Shown here: positions 54,057 through 64,000 of the stretch, piece by piece
How the letters are laid out: each line of letters begins with the position of its first letter
Position numbering within the stretch: the first letter of the stretch is position 1
NCBI GenBank assembly: GCA_964016885.1
Contig: OZ024742.1
Span: 296,236,001 to 296,300,000, forward strand
Length of the DNA: 64,000 nucleotides
From: Eledone cirrhosa
Taxonomy: Eukaryota
Reading direction: 5' to 3'
Made by a program: the position numbers and the translations under genes
Notes under the pieces: generated by a model
Databases searched by the model: none
Told to the model about the DNA's origin: nothing
Seen by the model: only the letters and a program-made list of their open reading frames with translations

Positions 54057-54102
54057 CTGCCTGAAGAGGTCACAGCCAATGATGGCTGTCACCGAAATAT
54101 AT
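54057..54102 (+). ncRNA. Hammerhead motif interrupted by a CR1 insertion
   Basis: ctgc-CTGAAGA-...acc-GAAA-tatata. The closing gcag strand is displaced to 54882. Confidence 0.7.
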
Positions 54103-54881
54103 AATAATAATAATAATGAAATTATTGTGTAAAGTGCTCAGGTGCACTACAACTCGTCAATATAGTACATAGAATAATACACAAATGTCAGGGAAGTACA
54201 TGTGTGAATGTGTTAGCTGTTCTGTTGGCGGATCTCGGGAAGCATGGAGGCCTTAAAGGATGCAGTGTCTCAACAGCTAACAACTGATGCAGGAAGTTTG
54301 TTCCATGCTTCAGCAACTCTAAGCGTGAAAAAATGTTTCCGAAAGTCATGGGAACTGTGCTGTTTTCTTACTTTGTGGGCATGTCCACGTGTGTTAGACA
54401 CATGGAAATCGAAAAGGTACTCAGGGTTGTTGTTGGCAACATGGTTAACAATTTTGTGGGTGTTTACCAAGTCAGTTGCCAGGCGTCGGAGCTTCAATGA
54501 ATCCATGCCCAGGGAAGCAAGGCGCTCAGAGTATGGTAGATGCCTGATGGAGGGTATTCGCTTGGCTGCACGTCTCTGAACAGTTTCCAGGCGGTCAATG
54601 TCCTGAGCAAGATAGGGGTTCCAGACTGGTGATGCAATTTCTAAGTGTGGTCGCACCACAGCTGTATACAGCCTTAAATAGATATCTGGAGAGCGGCTGA
54701 CAAAGGTCTTGCTGAGTGATGCTAAGACACCCTCGGCCCTCTTGACAATTTTAGAGACGTGCCTCGTCCAACGCAAATCGCTGCTGACCGTAATGCCCAG
54801 GTCACGTTCACAGGAAGACTTCTTGATATTAGTGCTGTGGAGGGAGTATGTGGACGCTGGGTTTTTACTCCCAAAATGCAT
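54103..54881 (-). mobile_element. 5'-truncated CR1-clade LINE with an (ATT)n tail
   Basis: ERDLGI.V..DL.W, VRPHLE..SPVWNP, LETVQRRA, TRGH, FF..RV...WN.LP. Confidence 0.92.
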
Positions 54882-54955
54882 GCAGTACATCTTTAATAAA
54901 CGAAGCCAAATCTTAAATATTTGACTTAATTACTTTATTTTATATATATATATAT

Positions 54956-55543
54956 GGGATAACAAGTTATCGTTATATGTAATCCAGTCAGAGGTTGTGA
55001 GTGCTCTGCGTCGTGGATAGTTTTAACGTACGGTTTTTTTTACTCAACAAGATGCTTCCATAGTTATGCAGCGAGTTTTCGGTAATTTTTATGCAGGTTA
55101 TACTTGGAGTAATAATAGTTAAAGAATGAAGATTAACATGGTTGGCTGTACAATAAGGGCTTTATTTAAAGTACTGACAATTGTTTCGTTGTGGGTCTAG
55201 AGTTCGCTAATCGCGTTCAATTCATGGTGGTTTAAAGTTTGTGAATCTAGTAGCTATTTTACCATACATGTATTATTATTGGTGTTATTGATTATACCCT
55301 ATTTTATTATTGATGTTATTGTTTTAATTATACGCTATCTTTTTCTATATAAGTCTTGCCTCGAGTGAATTACTTTCATTTCTACGTACTCTGATGTGTT
55401 GACCACAGGTAAATAATGTATTGGAGATCGAATAACGCAACGTCTAGCGATTAGCGAACTCTAGACCCACATGATCAACGAAACAATTTTCAGTACTTTA
55501 AATAAAGCCCTTATTGTACAGCCAACCATGTTAATCTTCATTC

Positions 55544-55548
<5 letters not shown>
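54956..55548. repeat. PLE-type terminal repeat with inverted arms (55119-55213 and 55447-55548)
   Basis: Homologous to 33971-34260 and bounded by (TA)n tracts. Confidence 0.7.
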
Positions 55549-55602
<54 letters not shown>

Positions 55603-55607
<5 letters not shown>

Positions 55608-57157
55608 GGAGGTGAGTTTTATTGTAGTACAACAAAGTAATGCAGATATCGGATAAGAAGCACTCTACAGTTTGTAGGACTGGAGTATATATAATATATA
55701 AGAACAAAAGACCTCCTTTAAAGCTCGTCTTTATAACCATCATTCGTCTTTTAAATACAAACTTAAAAGAACCAACACGGCTCTCTCAGAACTCATATGG
55801 TCCTTGAAAGACAAACATATTAAATATAGCATCTTTTGGAAGAAGGTTTCTTCTGCGTGACTTGAACAGTTCTCTATCCAAGATTTGCAATCTCTGTCTA
55901 AATGAAAAATTTACCATTATATCTAATTTAGATTCTATAATAAATAGACGCACTGACTTGTTTTCTATCTGCTTGCATAAATTCCACAAAACATTCCACA
56001 AAGTATACAGCTAATATCCAAAACTTTATCAATTTAGAATCTTTTTCTCAAAGGCACATATATATATATACACTTCTTTAAAAATATACCCATCTTTCTA
56101 CCTTATTTCAAAGTTATTTATTATACATTATATAATACTTGTTACTCATTCTATATCGCTCCTATTTATCACTTCCCTTTCTTCTCTTTTTCTTTTAATA
56201 TCTAACCCCTAATCTGTACCTTTTCTCACTGTTGCCTAACATAGAATCAATTATTACATAATACAATACATTCTTACTCTATATCACCTTGTAAAAATCC
56301 TTCGTAACCATAAACATTTTTTTGACGTTAGATTATTCATCCTCAATTCATTCCCGCCGAGGTTAACTTTGCCTTTCATCCTTACAGGGTCGATAAAATA
56401 AAGTACCAGTAATACACTGGGTAATTGCTGGCCTTGTGCCAAAAGTAGAAACAATTATTCTTTTCTCCCTTTCATCTAACTCATTCATGCTCATCCCACA
56501 ATATATCCTTACTTAAATTACCTGTTGTTCTTTTTAATAATACATATCAACATTTTCTTTCCATCGCACATATTATTAAACCCTTAAATATTATTCTTAA
56601 TACATATTAACTTTTTCTTTCCATCGCACATATTATTAAACCCTTAAATATTATTCTTAATACATATTAACATTTTCTTTTCATCGCACATATTATTAAA
56701 CCCTTCAATATACAAACCTTAACTTTACATTATTTTTCTCTTCGTTAATTTTCAAATTCTTTTAATTTATACATTATCTTCCAACGGTTTTCAACCTCTC
56801 TATGTAAAACAATATATCTTTCTCAGTTATAAAAGCTATCTCTCTCTCTCTATCACCCATCTCTCCTCCTATCTCATCCTTCCTCATTATACTCCTCCCT
56901 CTCCACTTTTTACTCTCATCTCCTCCTCTTCCCCCCCCCCTCCTCAAAATAAATTTTTTTTTTCCCAATAGCACACATCAATCTAAAACTACTTTTCATA
57001 TGTTGATTTAAAACTACACTATCCACAAGTGTTTTTTAATCTTCATATCATGTCTTCCTGTTTTATCTGATGAAAACACAAATATTATTGCATGATGATA
57101 TTTGTTTTTGAAATGCGCATAATAAAATACATGGAACTCTTTTAACCATCTTTTGTT

Positions 57158-57160
<3 letters not shown>
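55603..57160 (+). mobile_element. PLE remnant: inverted pLTR tip, GIY-YIG C-terminus (55717-56014), 3' UTR with SINE and 60-bp tandem repeats, and a hammerhead
   Basis: Manual translation FKARLYNHHSSFK...TALSELIWSLKDK..YSIFWK..CNLCLNEK..I...IN.RT.L.S.C.H. Confidence 0.8.
57061..57127 (+). ncRNA. Hammerhead ribozyme motif
   Basis: Near-identical to 40476-40542. Confidence 0.8.
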
Positions 57161-57243
<83 letters not shown>

Positions 57244-57540
57244 ATATATAGACAATATGCCCCCACACCCCCCACTGCAAGGTGGTCGTGGAGGTGCCAC
57301 GGCAAAAGAGCACCCAGCCCAAACTGTAAAGTGGACGTGTAGGCGCCACAAAAAAGCACCCAGCACTCACTGTAAATGAGGTTGGTGTTAGGAAGGACAT
57401 CCAGCTGTAGAAATCAAGCCAAATCAGTTCCTGTATGAGCAAGGCATGGTCAGCCGACCAGACACTGCCCACAACAGGACAACCCGTCTAACCCATGCTA
57501 GCGTGGAAGAACGGACGTAAAACGGTGATGATGATGATGA

Positions 57541-57643
<103 letters not shown>

Positions 57644-58002
57644 CATTTAGGTTTGTTGGTTCACCACTGGATAGAACTGGTCATTCCGTATGCTCAACCT
57701 CGATGTAATATTAGGAAGAGCACTCGACGTAATGCAACTCTCCCGTCTTTGTTTGTGTTGTTAGTGGTGCGAGTACGGAGTTAATTATTATAAAATAACA
57801 GGAGGCTGGACTGGTGTAATTCCTTAAAGGTTTATTATACTATGACCGGGTTCAGTATGAATCCGATGACATCATCATTAACAAATGAATATAATCCATG
57901 GGGCTGAAAAAGCAGAGACACAAGAAGGCAGCCACACATTTAACAGTTTCTAGTTCTAATTCTTTGAGTTAATGTTCAGATTGTGATATACAATTATATC
58001 TG

Positions 58003-58053
<51 letters not shown>

Positions 58054-58138
58054 AAGTTATATTTAAAATTGTTGGGTTACAACTAGTAAATATTTATAAC
58101 TGATATAAAAGCACTCGACAAATATTTGGAGTATATTT

Positions 58139-58331
58139 ACAATATTAAATAAATGGAAAACTATATTTATAAAACCATATTTATTTCATTATATATATTT
58201 CGGGGATATCATATTAACAATATGCTATGTCTGATGAAGGCATAGCATATTGTTAATATGATATCCCCGAAATATATATAATGAAATAAATATGCTTTTA
58301 TAAATATAGTTTTCCATTTATTTAATATTGT
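58139..58331. repeat. Palindrome centred on a hammerhead core (motif 58228-58283, plus strand)
   Basis: Arms 58139-58229 and 58241-58331 surround the spacer tCTGATGAagg. The right arm gives stem II, GAAA-tatata-TA and AATAAA. Confidence 0.8.
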
Positions 58332-58531
58332 ATATATATATATATATATTTCAGGACTATATATATACATATACATATATATATTTTTTAGTTTATGTTG
58401 GTTGTATACCAACACCTCAGTATGCAGGCTGGAACACTCGACGAAGTGCGCAGGTTGGTTTGGTTACTCCGGAGTAATGTAAAATAAAGTTAAATAAAAA
58501 GTCAAATGTTTAAAATTTAGCTTCGTTTATT

Positions 58532-58586
58532 ACTGCTATATATATTTCAGTGACAGCCATCTTTGGCTGTGACATCTTCAGGCAGT
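58532..58586 (-). ncRNA. Hammerhead ribozyme motif
   Basis: Mirror of 58801-58855. Confidence 0.75.
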
Positions 58587-58800
58587 TTGAATTAGTATGG
58601 TATAGACAAGTACATATGTTGTTGAGGTGTATAATATTGTCAATACTCTGATATGCCCAGTTCCTGGTTGGGTTGTTATTTCACTTATGATTCCAGTTCC
58701 TCAGTGAAATAACAACCCAACCAGGAACTGGGCATATCAGAGTATTGACAATATTATACACCTCAAAACATATGTACTTATCTATACCATACTAATTCAA

Positions 58801-58855
58801 ACTGCCTGAAGAGGTCACAGCCAAAGATGGCTGTCACTGAAATATGTATAGCAGT
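58801..58855 (+). ncRNA. Hammerhead ribozyme motif
   Basis: actgc-CTGAAGA-ggtcacagccaaagatggctgtcact-GAAA-tatgta-TA-gcagt, then AATAAA. Confidence 0.8.
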
Positions 58856-58934
58856 AATAAACGAAGCTAAATTTTAAACATTTGACTTTTTATTTAACTT
58901 TATTATACATATAAATATATATATATTTAAGGCG

Positions 58935-59195
58935 GTTCGAGGTTAACTTTGCCTTTCATCCTTTCGGGGTCGATAAAATAAAGTACCAGTAATGTATTTG
59001 CTGGCCTTGTGCCAAAAGTACTTCTGGCACAAGGCCAGCAATTACCCAATACATTACTGGTACTTTATTTTATCGACCCCGAAAGGATGAAAGGCAAAGT
59101 TAACCTCGACGGGATTTGAACTCAGACCGTAAGGGGACGTAACTATGCTAGAAAGCATGGCTTCCAACCCTCTACCGATACTGCCAATTCACCGA
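58935..59195. mobile_element. Tail-to-tail SINE pair forming a palindrome
   Basis: A partial plus copy (58937-59020) abuts a complete minus copy (59021-59195). Confidence 0.85.
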
Positions 59196-59356
59196 CATCA
59201 AAGAATTAATGATGTATTTTGTATATATTTGTATTTTCAGAGAAAACAGAAATCGTCAAGGAAGCTATGTCTGTATAAGGGCATTCTTATAACCAACACT
59301 AGCATGATATATATATATAATATATATATCATGCATGTGTGTGTGTGTATATATAT

Positions 59357-59357
<1 letters not shown>

Positions 59358-59392
<35 letters not shown>

Positions 59393-62300
59393 GTTTAACG
59401 TCTATCTTCCACGCTTGCATGGGTTGAGATGGGAATTGCCCACGTGAAGTTGTCTTGCTGGTATAGGACTGTCTGGCGGGTTTTCTACGGCTGGATGCCC
59501 TTCCTAACACCAACCACGTTTACAGTGTGGACTGGGAGGTTTTGACCGTGTTACCTACACGGCCACATTACAGCGTGGACTGTGTTTTTTTTTGTCGTGA
59601 CACCTACACGACCTCATTTATTTAAGACTGAATGTTGTGGCACCAATATAACTTTACAGAGAAAGGGGTGGTGTAGATAGGGGTGGGGGTAGGGGTAGTG
59701 GGATGGGGATGTATTTTTGGTTAGGAGGTGCCTACTGACTAGGTTTCGCTTTGTACTTAGACAAGGCGGGTCTTCTGTATTATTGCGTAGCGCCAAAGAT
59801 CTCGGTCCAGTGACATTGTCTTGGAGAGGTGTAAGTGTGTAAGGTCGGAATTTATCAAATCGTCCCAGGTTTTTCTGAATCTGCCTACTCCGTAGCTACC
59901 GTCTATTTTGATCACCCTGCACTTTTTTGTACCGCTGTCGTCTTTCATGCGTATCACGTGACCATACCAACGTAGTCTTCTCTCGAGTAAACAGCATCTG
60001 ATCCCTCTTATTCCTAATTACTCACTTAGTTCATTTATGCTTTGCCGTTCACGTATATTACTATTACACATCCAACGGAGCATGCAAGCTTCATTCCTCT
60101 ACAGTCTGCGCAGATCCTCTGCACACAATGCCCATGTCTCACTGCTACGTAACATTGCTGTTCGTATGCAAGCATCATACAGTCTGCCTTTCATTTTTAG
60201 GGAGAAACCTTTAGCGGCCAATAGAAATATAAGCTCTCTGAACTTTTTCCATCCCGTTCTGACTCTAGCTACTCCTTTCCTACACACTGGGCATGGCCAT
60301 TTCCCAGAGGGGACCAGTGCCCTATTTTCCTTCCTACATACTAGAACTTTAGTCTTAGACAAGTTAACTTTAAGGCCTTTTGATTCTAGGCCATGCTTCC
60401 AAGTTTGGAATTTCTTCTCTAGTTCAGCCATTGATTCAGCTATGAGTGTTAGATCATCTGCGTATAGAATTTCCCATGAGCAGCCGGTCTTGAACTCCTC
60501 TGTTATAGCGTGAAGGGCAATAATAAATAGGAGGGGGCTAAGGACAGAGCCCTGATGAACACCGACTTTTACGCTAAATTCTTCACTATATTCGTTGTTA
60601 ATTCTAACCTTGCTGACTGTTTCTTTATACAAGGCTGTATAGCTCTCACGAGCCATTCATCAACATCTAGTTTTCTAAGAACCCACCAGATAATGGAGTG
60701 GGGGACTCTGTCAAAGGCTTTTTCCAAGTCAACAAAAGCTAAGTATAGGTGTTTACTTTTAGCTAGGTACTTCTCCTGTAGTTGTCGTACAATTAAAAGA
60801 GCGTCTGTGGTACTTTTACCTGACACAAACCCAAACTGCATTTCATCTAGATCAATTCGCTCTCTGATTAGTTGCGCTATAACTTTTTCTGTGACCTTCA
60901 TGACCTGGCCAATTAATTTAATGCCTCTATAGTTTCCCCTATCTAGGGCATCTCCTTTACCCTTGTAGCAGTTAATGATGTTGCTACTACGCCAGTCATT
61001 TGGTATGACCTCATTCTGTATGACTTAGTTTACTATCCGGGAGACCATAGTGTGTCCCACCGATCCAGATGCTTTCAGCATTTCAGCAAGTATATCCGTA
61101 GGCCCAGCTGCTTTGCCTGTCTTCATATCTTTGATTGCCTTACTTATTATACTACCTTCAACTTGCACTGCTGGTCCCTCTATTGGATCTACTTGGGGCA
61201 GACTATCTTTTTCCCACTTATTCTCTTCATTTAGTAGCCTCTCGTATTGACACTTCCAAGTTACCTTCTTATCAGTATCAGTGATGGCAAGTACCCCATC
61301 ATCATTACGGACATACTTCACCCCGACAATATCACGGTTTTCCTTGACACATTGTCTAGCAATCCTGAACACCTCGCGTTATTGGTCCTCGCATTGTAGA
61401 ACATGCTTGAACTTTCTTTCCTCTGCTTCCCTTCTTGCAAGGTACACTTGTCTCCTAGCTTCCCTCCTGGCCACTTGATAGTGTTCTCTACTTCCCCCAT
61501 CCCGTCATACTTTCCAAGCTTGCTTTTTGGCCTTGATTGACTCCTCCCCCTTATTGTTCCACCACCATGTTACTATCCTCCTGCCTATAGGTCTGCTCCA
61601 GCCACAGATTTCATCTGTCGCCTTCAGTAGGTTAACTTTCAGGAATTCCCACTGTTCCTCTATATTGTACGTCTCTAATTGCTCTTCCTTACTGTCAAAA
61701 TCATCAAGTAGCATGCTTTTAAATTTGTTACTGGCTGTGAGGTCCTTTAACTTCCATATTCTTCTTCTCAGGGTAGTCCTCTTCTGTTGTCGAGTACGTC
61801 TCGTCCTGACTATGAGGTCACTAACTATGAGGTTATGTTGGGAGGTGCATTCTTTTCGGGGGAGGGATTTAGTGTTTACAACCGACACTTTGTCACGTCT
61901 TCTGATAAGGATATAATCTATCTGACTGTCGTGTTCCCTTGATCTATAGGTGATCAAGTGATTGTCTCGTTTTTTGAAGTTTGTGTTGCAGATAGTTAGG
62001 TTATTTGCGTCACAGAGTTCCAGAATTCTGAAGCCTTCCTCATTTCTGGTACCAAACCCGTACCCTCCATGGATTCCGCCATAGCTGTCACAATGTTGTC
62101 CAACATCACCATTTAGGTTGTCAGCAATAATTAAGTAGTCACTGTCGGTTAGTTGGGAGGTAGTGAGCATTAGCGACTTATAACACCAGGCAGTCCAGAT
62201 TGGGGTGCGTAAGCGGATATTATTGTCACAATAGTTCTATTTAGGACAAGTCTTATTTTGATTACTCTGACGTTCACTCTATTTACGTCAATTACCTTAT

Positions 62301-63195
62301 CTACCCATTTTTCTGCTAACATAATTCCTCCTCCACCCAGCCCATTTTCATTTCCTACCCAGAAAAGTATATAGCATCGTTTTTTACCCACAATGAATTT
62401 AGCAGACCCACCCCTCCACCTAGTCTCTTGGACGCAACAAGCATCAACTTCCTTACGTTCAAGCATCTCTACAACCTTGTTAGAGCGACCTTTTAAAGTA
62501 CCTACATTCATGGTACCAACTCTGAAGTTTTTTATTTCGTTTGGTGGGTGGAAGAGATGGGTTTAAGGTGTAGGGAGGGGGGAGGGAGATGGGGTTATGT
62601 TTGCCATCCGTGTCAGAAATAAAGAGGAATCCTTGCATTTTCGTCCGGCCACATGAGGTGAATTTATCTTTATCTTTGACATTGTCATTTGAGTGTCCAG
62701 ATTCTTCGTTCTCTCCAGAATCCCACAGTCCATCTAGCATATCAAAGGCAACCAGGTTTAAACTTAAGGAGTGAATAGCCGAGGCGGTGGTTTTGTGTAA
62801 GAGATTGGTAAGAGAGATGTATAAGCCGCTGAATTATGATTGGACCATCTAATAATGGTGGCGAGTGCAGGAGGGGGGAGGGATATGGGTAAGTTAACTA
62901 GAAGGTTATTTGTTTAATCTAAACCTATAAATGGACGTATAACAGTAATCAGTGTTTAAATACGAGAAGGTTATTAAACGAACGTTTAGCAGTAATCAGA
63001 GTTTAAATACAAGAACATTGTTTTTGAGGGTCTGACAGAATTAGCGAATAAAATTGAAAGCTTGGATTCTAAGTAAATGAACCGTGTAAAAACAGAAAGA
63101 CAAGAAAATGGCGTAAATACAATTACATTTCTCAAACGTCCCTTCGGCATGGATGAAGATTCGAAGAATTCTGAAATTTTTTACGACCGACAGGT
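59358..63195 (-). mobile_element. Near-full-length, decayed RTE-clade LINE (APE endonuclease plus RT) with a (GAT)n tail
   Basis: NVGTL..CVQETRW, SAYAPQ, SQIDYIL, QFGF..GKSTTDA, FVDLEKAFDRV, GVHQGSVLSPLLF, LYADDL. It has several stops and frameshifts, and a probable deletion after CPVCRKGV. The 5' boundary is approximate. Confidence 0.93.
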
Positions 63196-63223
63196 TCATT
63201 TTATACACATATATATATATATA

Positions 63224-64000
63224 TCATCATCATCATCATCATCGTTTAACGTCCATGTTCCACGCTTGCATGGGTTTGGACGGGAGTTTTCCCACTTGAG
63301 GCAAGAGTGGTTGTCTTGCTCGCATAGGACTGTCTGGCGGGTTTTCTACAGCTGGATTCCCTTCCTAACACCAACCACATTTACAGTGTGGGGCTGGGAG
63401 GTTTTTACCGTGTTGCCTACACGGCCACATTACAGCGTGGACTGTGTGTTTTTTTGTCGTGACACCTACACGATCTCATTTGTTTCGGCCTGGATGTTGC
63501 GGCACCAACATAACTTTACATTGAAAGGGGCGGTGTGGATGGGGTGGGGTGGGGGTGTATTTTGTTAGAGGTGCCTACTGACTGTAGTAGGTTTTACTTT
63601 GTATTTAGGTAAGGCGGGTCTTCTCTATTACTGAGTACCGCCAAAGATCTCGGTCCAGTGATATTGTCTTGGAGAGGTGTAAGTGTGTGAGGTCGGAATT
63701 TATCAGGTCGTCCCAGGTTTTTCTGGGTCTGCCTACTCCGTGGCTACCGTCTATCTTTATTGCCCTGCACTTTGTTATACAGCTGTACGTCTTTCATGCG
63801 CATCACGTGACCATACCAACGTAGCCTTCTCTCGAGTAAAAAACATCTGATCCCTCTTATTTCTAATTTTTTCCTTAGTTCGTTTATGCTTTGCCGTTCA
63901 CGTATATTACTATTACACATCCAGCGGAACATGCAAGCTTCGTTCCTCTCTAGTCTGCGTATATCCTTTGCACACAATGCCCAGGTCTCACTGCCATGCA
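63224..64000 (-). mobile_element. 3' end of a second copy of the same RTE LINE (continues beyond the window)
   Basis: Colinear with 59358-60150. Contains RRLRWYGHVMRM. Confidence 0.92.

Larger units (their letters stand above)
52235..54942 (+). mobile_element. PLE remnant with inverted pLTRs (52314-52508 versus 53976-54102 plus 54882-54942)
   Basis: Degenerate GIY-YIG C-terminus at 52568-52765 (W.KIKKVPP..G...LINLRTDFFGTCRH). Each arm has a hammerhead motif. Confidence 0.75.
58477..58910. mobile_element. ORF-less palindromic PLE unit (17-nt spacer at 58686-58702)
   Basis: Same family as 52235-54942, with hammerheads in both arms. Confidence 0.88.

Noticed and set aside
56540-56710. Regular 60-bp repeats, superficially array-like
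   Set aside because: This is a plain tandem minisatellite with no unique spacers, in a eukaryotic context, so it is not CRISPR.

Overview
AT-rich animal genomic DNA, probably an octopod cephalopod judging from the tRNA-derived SINE and RTE families (an inference). No host gene is recognisable: the window is microsatellites plus a mosaic of transposons. It contains a full-length but decayed CsRn1-clade Ty3/Gypsy LTR element (1822-8181, minus) with a ~1.66 kb perfect internal palindrome of its gag region, and a near-intact Neptune-type Penelope-like element (PLE; RT+GIY-YIG) with ~1.25 kb inverted terminal arms and an upstream ORF joined by a T_TTT_TTA slippery site. There is also a second, truncated PLE RT, several GIY-YIG remnants, RTE, CR1 and R4/Dong-like LINE pieces, mariner/piggyBac/hAT/Helitron-like relics and many SINEs. 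The most striking signal, not visible in the ORF track, is about a dozen minimal hammerhead-ribozyme motifs from several unrelated PLE families. They recur as outward-facing pairs in short, ORF-less palindromes next to (TA)n tracts, and some fold-back junctions fall inside the ribozyme core. Coordinates were read by eye; boundaries of degenerate repeats are approximate.
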